Shown here: one piece after another, positions 27,588 to 32,000 of the stretch | How the letters are laid out: each line of letters starts with the position of its first letter | Position numbering within the stretch: position 1 is the stretch's first letter | Assembly: GCA_963704705.1 (NCBI GenBank) | Contig: OY969931.1 | Location: forward strand, 1,110,001 to 1,142,000 | Origin: an uncultured bacterium | GTDB taxonomy: Bacteria; Patescibacteriota; Gracilibacteria; UBA1369; PNNO01 | DNA length: 32,000 bases | Direction of reading: 5' to 3' | Translations under genes and position numbers: made by a program | Notes under the pieces: model-generated | Seen by the model: the letters and a program-made list of their open reading frames with translations, nothing else | Database searches by the model: none | Told to the model about the DNA's origin: nothing

Positions 27588-27914
27588 ATGAAAATTAAAG
27601 TAAATGACAATGTATTGGTAATTACAGGTAAAGATCGCGGTAAAAGCGGTAAAGTATTAAGAACATTGGCAAAAGATGAAAGAGTTGTAGTGGAAAAAGT
27701 TAATATGAGAACTAAACACATTAAAAAATCTCAAACAAGACCGGGCAGCAAAATTACTTTTGAAGCTCCAATGAATGTAAGCAATGTTATGGCTGTATGC
27801 CCTAGCTGCAAAAAAACAACAAGAGTAGGTTACAAGAAATTAGAAAGCGGAAGAAAACAAAGAGTATGTAAAAAATGTAATGAATCACTTGATAAAATTG
27901 AATCTAAAAAATAA
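27588..27914 (+). CDS. rplX: 50S ribosomal protein L24 (Cys4-containing form)
   Basis: KOW motif VITGKDRGKSGKV. CPSC (27798-) and CKKC (-27878) pairs in the C-terminal hairpin region. Confidence 0.95.
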   Translation: MKIKVNDNVLVITGKDRGKSGKVLRTLAKDERVVVEKVNMRTKHIKKSQTRPGSKITFEAPMNVSNVMAVCPSCKKTTRVGYKKLESGRKQRVCKKCNESLDKIESKK

Positions 27915-27947
27915 CGGACGCGAGCGACAGCGAAGCGTCTAAATCCC
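27915..27947 (+). repeat. R9: repeat copy starting at the first base after the rplX stop
   Basis: cggacgcgagcgacagcgaagcgtctaaatccc. Stem GGACGC/GCGTCT around a gagcgacagcgaa loop. Confidence 0.55.
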
Positions 27948-27959
27948 TAACTGAAAAAA

Positions 27960-28514
27960 ATGGCTAAAGAAAAATCAGGACTAAAAGAACGGTTTTATAA
28001 AGAAATAGCTCCCAAGTTAATGGCTGATTTAGGGATAACTAACCTGAACGCTGTACCAAGACTTGATAAAGTCGTTATAAATGCCGGTCTTGGAAGTCAT
28101 TACACTTCAGGAAGCAAAGACTTTTCAGTATTTGAAGATAACTTTAGCGCAATATCAGGTCAAAAACCGGTTGTAAGAAAATCTAAAAAAGCAATTTCGA
28201 ACTTCAAGATAAGACAGGGTATGCCTAACGGTGTAATGGTAACACTCAGAGGAGATAGAATGTATGACTTTATTGATAAACTGGTTAATATTGTATTCCC
28301 TCGAGTAAGAGACTTCAGAGGAATATCAAAAAAAGCATTTGATGGAAGAGGAAATTATTCAGTTGGACTAAAAGAACACATTGTATTCCCTGAAATTAAT
28401 CCTGATGATATTGCTAAAATCCATGGTTTACAAATATGCGTAAATACAACTGCTGGAAATGATGAACATGGAAAAGCATTATTAGTCGCATTGGGATTCC
28501 CGTTTAAAAAATAA
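27960..28514 (+). CDS. rplE: 50S ribosomal protein L5
   Basis: L5 pattern (NLNAVPRLDKVVINAG, FPRVRDFRG) and synteny. Confidence 0.97.
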   Translation: MAKEKSGLKERFYKEIAPKLMADLGITNLNAVPRLDKVVINAGLGSHYTSGSKDFSVFEDNFSAISGQKPVVRKSKKAISNFKIRQGMPNGVMVTLRGDRMYDFIDKLVNIVFPRVRDFRGISKKAFDGRGNYSVGLKEHIVFPEINPDDIAKIHGLQICVNTTAGNDEHGKALLVALGFPFKK

Positions 28515-28526
28515 CTTTAATTAAAT

Positions 28527-28751
28527 ATGGCTCGTACAGCACTAATCGTAAAAACTAAGAAAAAGCAGAAAGAATACCTTAATGCATTGCAGCAAGGTAA
28601 AAAGCCTAAATTCCCAACAAGAGTTTATAACAGATGCGAAAGATGCGGCAGAAACAGAGGATATTTGAGAAAGTTCAATATGTGCAGAATATGCGTAAGA
28701 GAACTTGCTCAAAAAGGAAAGATTGCAGGGCTTACAAAGTCTTCTTGGTAG
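28527..28751 (+). CDS. rpsN: 30S ribosomal protein S14, zinc-binding (type Z-like)
   Basis: CERCGR...CRIC motif, ends GLTKSSW. Confidence 0.95.
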   Translation: MARTALIVKTKKKQKEYLNALQQGKKPKFPTRVYNRCERCGRNRGYLRKFNMCRICVRELAQKGKIAGLTKSSW

Positions 28752-28770
28752 AGCGTAGCGGATCGAAAAT
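28751..28770 (+). repeat. R10: 3'-half copy of the repeat, overlapping the rpsN stop codon
   Basis: gagcgtagcggatcgaaaat resembles the GGAGCGAAGCGAAGCGAAAAAT half of R11. Confidence 0.35.
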
Positions 28771-28807
28771 AACTATAACTACTACATACTAATTATAAAT
28801 TTATAAC

Positions 28808-29194
28808 ATGAATACAGACCCAATCTCAGATTATTTAACTAGAATCAGGAATGCGTCGAGAGCGAAACATTCGAAAGTTGTAATACCATATTCAAAACTT
28901 AAGGAAGAGATTACAAAAGTATTACAAAAAAGAAAATTCTTAGGTGCATATGAAGTAAAAGAAAACGGTAAATTCAAAGAATTAGTTGTTGAAATAAAAC
29001 CTTGGAGTATGGAGCCGTTAACATTAACAAGAGTAAGCAGACCCGGTCAAAGAATCTATATGAACCATAAAGATATTAGAGCCGTAAAAAACGGTCTTGG
29101 AGTATTGATACTATCAACATCTAAAGGAATTATGCCCGGAGAAGAAGCGCGAGATAAAAAAATGGGTGGTGAAGCAATCTGTAAAGTTTATTAA
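28808..29194 (+). CDS. rpsH: 30S ribosomal protein S8
   Basis: DPISDYLTRIRNA, LSTSKGIM. Confidence 0.97.
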   Translation: MNTDPISDYLTRIRNASRAKHSKVVIPYSKLKEEITKVLQKRKFLGAYEVKENGKFKELVVEIKPWSMEPLTLTRVSRPGQRIYMNHKDIRAVKNGLGVLILSTSKGIMPGEEARDKKMGGEAICKVY

Positions 29195-29237
29195 CAGAGC
29201 GCAGCATAAGCGGAGCTCTATGGAGCGAAGCGAAGCG
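29195..29237 (+). repeat. R11: near-consensus repeat copy starting at the first base after the rpsH stop
   Basis: cagagcgcagcataagcggagctctatggagcgaagcgaagcg. AGAGC/GCTCT stem, followed by a pure A/T spacer. Confidence 0.7.
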
Positions 29238-29272
29238 AAAAATAATAATTATAATAATAAAATTAAATCACA

Positions 29273-29824
29273 ATGTCACGAATAGGAAAATTACCAATTG
29301 AAATACCAGCAGGAGTTACCGTTGATATAAAAAACGGGTTAGTAACTGTGAAAGGACCTAATGGCGAATTATCTGAAGCAATTCATCCTAATATTAAAAT
29401 AGAGGTAAAAGATAATGAAATTCTTTGTTTAAGAGAAGGTGAAGATAATTTATCAAGAAGTCTGCATGGATTATCTCGAAATCTTATTAACAACATGGTT
29501 ATAGGGGTTACAAAAGGTTTTGAAAGACGACTAGAAATAATCGGTGTTGGATATAAAGCTCAGCCATCGGGAAATAAAGTTACACTTAATCTAGGTTATT
29601 CTCACCCGATTGAATATAAAGCTCCTGAAGGGATTAAATTCGAACTTGATCCTGATAAAAAGAACTTATTAATTATTACAGGAAACAGTAAACAAGTAGT
29701 TGGTGAAGTAGCGGCAAAAGTAAGAAGCTACAGAAAACCAGAACCATATAAAGGAAAAGGTATTAGATACTCTGATGAATATGTTGCACGTAAAGTTGGT
29801 AAAGCAGTAGCGAAAGGCGAATAA
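29273..29824 (+). CDS. rplF: 50S ribosomal protein L6
   Basis: MSRIGKLPIEIP, GVGYKA, KGIRY. Confidence 0.97.
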   Translation: MSRIGKLPIEIPAGVTVDIKNGLVTVKGPNGELSEAIHPNIKIEVKDNEILCLREGEDNLSRSLHGLSRNLINNMVIGVTKGFERRLEIIGVGYKAQPSGNKVTLNLGYSHPIEYKAPEGIKFELDPDKKNLLIITGNSKQVVGEVAAKVRSYRKPEPYKGKGIRYSDEYVARKVGKAVAKGE

Positions 29825-29866
29825 CAGAGCGAGCGATAGCGAGCTCTATGGAACGAAGTGGAGCGG
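29825..29866 (+). repeat. R12: near-consensus repeat copy starting at the first base after the rplF stop
   Basis: cagagcgagcgatagcgagctctatggaacgaagtggagcgg. AGAGC/GCTCT stem. Confidence 0.7.
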
Positions 29867-29905
29867 AATAAAATAATTACTAAATAATAAATTAATTATC
29901 ATAAA

Positions 29906-30250
29906 ATGCCATCAGTAAAAGAAATCACAAGAAAAAGACGACATCAAAAAATCTCTAAGAAAGTTAGAGGAACTGCAGCAAGACCAAGATTAGTTATATT
30001 TAAGAGTAATATGAGTACTTATGTTCAGTTAATTGATGACGACGCAAATAAGACATTAACTTGCATATCAGACGTAAAAGATAAAAAGCCAACTAATGTT
30101 GAAAGCGCAAAGAAAATCGGTTTGGAAGTTGCAAAGAAAGCAAAAGAATTAAAAGTTGATACCTGCGTATTTGATCGCAATGGATATAAATATCACGGCT
30201 TAGTTAAAGCATTAGCTGATGCTGCTCGTGAAGGAGGACTAAACTTTTAA
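29906..30250 (+). CDS. rplR: 50S ribosomal protein L18
   Basis: RPRLVIFKSN, FDRNGYKYHG, REGGLNF end. Confidence 0.96.
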   Translation: MPSVKEITRKRRHQKISKKVRGTAARPRLVIFKSNMSTYVQLIDDDANKTLTCISDVKDKKPTNVESAKKIGLEVAKKAKELKVDTCVFDRNGYKYHGLVKALADAAREGGLNF

Positions 30251-30282
30251 TTACTAATTACTAATTTCTAATAACTAATTAT
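30248..30282 (+). repeat. five tandem heptamers (TAATTAC TAATTAC TAATTTC TAATAAC TAATTAT) filling the rplR-rpsE spacer
   Basis: Read directly. Starts on the rplR TAA and ends 4 nt before the rpsE ATG. Confidence 0.8.
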
Positions 30283-30286
30283 AGAT

Positions 30287-30838
30287 ATGGGAAAACCAGC
30301 ACATAAAAAAGGTAGATCACCAATGAAAGAAGTTAAGGAATACGAAGAAGAAGTAATTCAGATTGATCGTGTTACCAGAGTAGTAAAAGGTGGACGAAGA
30401 CTTAGATTCAGAGCAACTGTTGTTATTGGCAACAGAAAAGGTAAAGTCGGAATCGGTATCGGAAAATCTACCGAGGTTGCTGCTGCAATTCAAAAAGCAA
30501 TCCAAAAAGCTAAACGTTCACTAATTATTGTTCCTATTTTCAGAGATACAATCCCGCACGATATTAAACATAAATTTAAGAGTTCAAGAATTATGATGAT
30601 GCCTGCTGGAGAAGGTACCGGTATTATTGCAGGAGGTGCAGTTCGTAAAGTTGTGGAATTGGCTGGAATTAAAAATATTTTAAGTAAATCGTTTGGAACA
30701 AATAATAAAGTGAGTAATACTCAATGTGCTTATGAAACTTTAAAACTATTAAGAAAAAGAACAGAAAGACCAAAAGCAGGAGCGACCAAAGCGGAGCTTC
30801 TTAAGGAGCAAAGCGAAGCGAAACCATCAAAAGAATAA
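30287..30838 (+). CDS. rpsE: 30S ribosomal protein S5
   Basis: VTRVVKGGRRLRFRA, GTGIIAGG. The C-terminal tail contains repeat R13. Confidence 0.97.
   Translation: MGKPAHKKGRSPMKEVKEYEEEVIQIDRVTRVVKGGRRLRFRATVVIGNRKGKVGIGIGKSTEVAAAIQKAIQKAKRSLIIVPIFRDTIPHDIKHKFKSSRIMMMPAGEGTGIIAGGAVRKVVELAGIKNILSKSFGTNNKVSNTQCAYETLKLLRKRTERPKAGATKAELLKEQSEAKPSKE
30777..30820 (+). repeat. R13: diverged repeat copy in frame in the rpsE tail
   Basis: caggagcgaccaaagcggagcttcttaaggagcaaagcgaagcg. Closest to R4. Read as GATKAELLKEQSEA. Confidence 0.55.
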
Positions 30839-30858
30839 TTCTATAAATTTAATTTAAA

Positions 30859-31410
30859 ATGACATTAACAGTATTAAAAAGCAATCAGGGAGCAAGGCAT
30901 AAAAGCAAACGTCTTGGACGTGGTAACGGTTCAGGAAAAGGAACTTATAGTGGAAGAGGTATGAAAGGTCAGAAAGCAAGAAGTGGCGGTGGAGTAAGAC
31001 CGGGATTTGAAGGAGGACAAACTCCTTTCGTTCAAAAAATGCCTAAATTAAAAGGATTTAGAAATCCAAATCATATTAATTATCAGGTTGTGAATGTTAA
31101 AGATCTTGAAATGTTTGATAGCGGAGCAGCAATTGATGCAACTTCACTATTTGAAAAAGGATTGGTTGCAAAGAAAAATTTCCCTGTTAAGATTTTAGGA
31201 GATGGTGAAATTACAAAAAAATTAAATGTTAAAGTAAATAGTATTTCAAAAAGTGCTGAAGAAAAAATAACTAAAGCAGGCGGTAAGTGCGAACTTCTAC
31301 CTAAGAAAGAAAAGATTGAAGGAAAAAAAGCAAAAGCTATAAGAGTAGCTAAAGAAGAAAAAGAAGCAAAAGCTGAAGAGGCTCCAGCTGAAGAAGAGCC
31401 TAAAGCATAA
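30859..31410 (+). CDS. rplO: 50S ribosomal protein L15 with K/E/A-rich C-terminal extension
   Basis: RLGRGNGSGKGTYSGRG, GFEGGQTP. Follows rpsE directly, with no L30 gene between. Confidence 0.96.
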   Translation: MTLTVLKSNQGARHKSKRLGRGNGSGKGTYSGRGMKGQKARSGGGVRPGFEGGQTPFVQKMPKLKGFRNPNHINYQVVNVKDLEMFDSGAAIDATSLFEKGLVAKKNFPVKILGDGEITKKLNVKVNSISKSAEEKITKAGGKCELLPKKEKIEGKKAKAIRVAKEEKEAKAEEAPAEEEPKA

Positions 31411-31424
31411 CCCTCCCCTACTAA

Positions 31425-32000
31425 ATGATTAAATATTTAAAACAAATCTGGAATTCAAAGGATTTACGAAAAAAAATCCTTTTTACAATTTCAATTCTAG
31501 TTATTTATAGAATTTGTACTCAAATATCTATTCCGGGTGCAGATTTGGATGCTATCAGAACAGTAATCAATAAAAACCAATTACTTGGTATTTTCAGTGC
31601 ATTAACAGGTGGATCAGCAAAAAACTTTTCTATTATTTTGATGGGACTTTCACCTTACATCAATGCATCTATCATAATGCAGCTTTTGACTGTAATTGTG
31701 CCGAAACTTGAAAACTTATCGAAAGAAGGTGAAGCAGGAAGAAGAAAAATTAATCAGTATACAAGATGGATGGCTGTGCCAATCGCATTCCTTCAGTCTT
31801 ACGGAATGATTGTACTTATTAATTCACAGGCTGCAGTGCCTATTGTGCCAAATATTGCCGACCCTGCTGTTGTATTGCCGATAATGCTAACTATCACAGC
31901 TGGAACAATATTCTTGATGTGGCTTGGTGAACTTATTACTGAAAGCGGTATCGGAAATGGTATTTCACTTATAATCTTCGCGGGTATTATCGCAAATATA
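31425..32000 (+). CDS. secY: preprotein translocase subunit SecY, 5' part (runs off the window)
   Basis: ATG 31425, open for 192 codons to the window end. MIKYLKQIWNSKDLRKKILFT..., LGIFSALTGGS, GLSPYINASIIMQLL, QYTRW. Absent from the ORF track because it has no stop. Confidence 0.93.
   Translation, partial: MIKYLKQIWNSKDLRKKILFTISILVIYRICTQISIPGADLDAIRTVINKNQLLGIFSALTGGSAKNFSIILMGLSPYINASIIMQLLTVIVPKLENLSKEGEAGRRKINQYTRWMAVPIAFLQSYGMIVLINSQAAVPIVPNIADPAVVLPIMLTITAGTIFLMWLGELITESGIGNGISLIIFAGIIANI

Noticed and set aside
2001-30820. GC-rich repeats as a CRISPR array
   Set aside because: Copies are degenerate and differ in length. They are spaced hundreds to thousands of bp apart and tied to gene ends rather than regular ~30-40-bp spacers. 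No cas genes are present.
1-32000. Alternative genetic code (UGA as Gly or Trp, as in Gracilibacteria/Absconditabacteria or mycoplasmas), prompted by the fact that no conserved gene here ends in TGA
   Set aside because: All long conserved genes, including the 1310-aa rpoC and 691-aa fusA, are uninterrupted under the standard code. Trp positions use TGG. TAA dominance among stop codons is expected in an AT-rich genome. No in-frame TGA needs recoding.

Overview
AT-rich bacterial window with no rRNA, tRNA, CRISPR array, transposase or integrase that I could find. It holds the RNA-polymerase / str / S10 / spc ribosomal supercluster on the + strand: rpoB (3' part), rpoC, rpsL, rpsG, fusA, tuf and rpsJ, then an unbroken rplC-to-rplO run and the 5' part of secY. 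Conserved genes read cleanly under the standard code. L30 (rpmD) is missing between rpsE and rplO. Host genes have no Shine-Dalgarno sequences but do have sigma70-like TTGACx/TATAAT promoters. With the long K/E-rich tails on many r-proteins, this fits a Candidate Phyla Radiation (Patescibacteria)-like genome, which is inference only. Three things stand out. (1) At least 13 same-strand copies of a GC-rich repeat (about CAGAGCGAGCGAAGCGAGCTCTATGGAGCGAAGCGAAGCG) carry a stem whose sequence varies between copies while pairing is kept. Copies start exactly at stop codons of housekeeping genes, or are translated in two phases as C-terminal tails of RpoB, SSB, L4, S3, S17 and S5. (2) Every upstream junction of the supercluster (rpoB|rpoC, rpsG|fusA, fusA|tuf, tuf|rpsJ, rpsJ|rplC) is split by lineage-specific cargo: ssb plus a CaCA antiporter, an SLH/beta-propeller surface protein, a fusA-coupled three-ORF cassette, a lysine-rich protein plus a membrane protein behind a triple-palindrome site, and a block with a 7-blade FG-GAP protein bearing a PEF-CTERM-like anchor, a SanA-like protein and two ORFs sharing an MxNxFSENRLV N-terminus. 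(3) The rpsG-fusA gap holds two unannotated minus-strand genes for small hydrophobic peptides (47 and 39 aa). Each has a strong AGGAGA Shine-Dalgarno, GC-rich codons and its own intrinsic terminator, all foreign to the host style. All functional readings of the novel elements are hypotheses.
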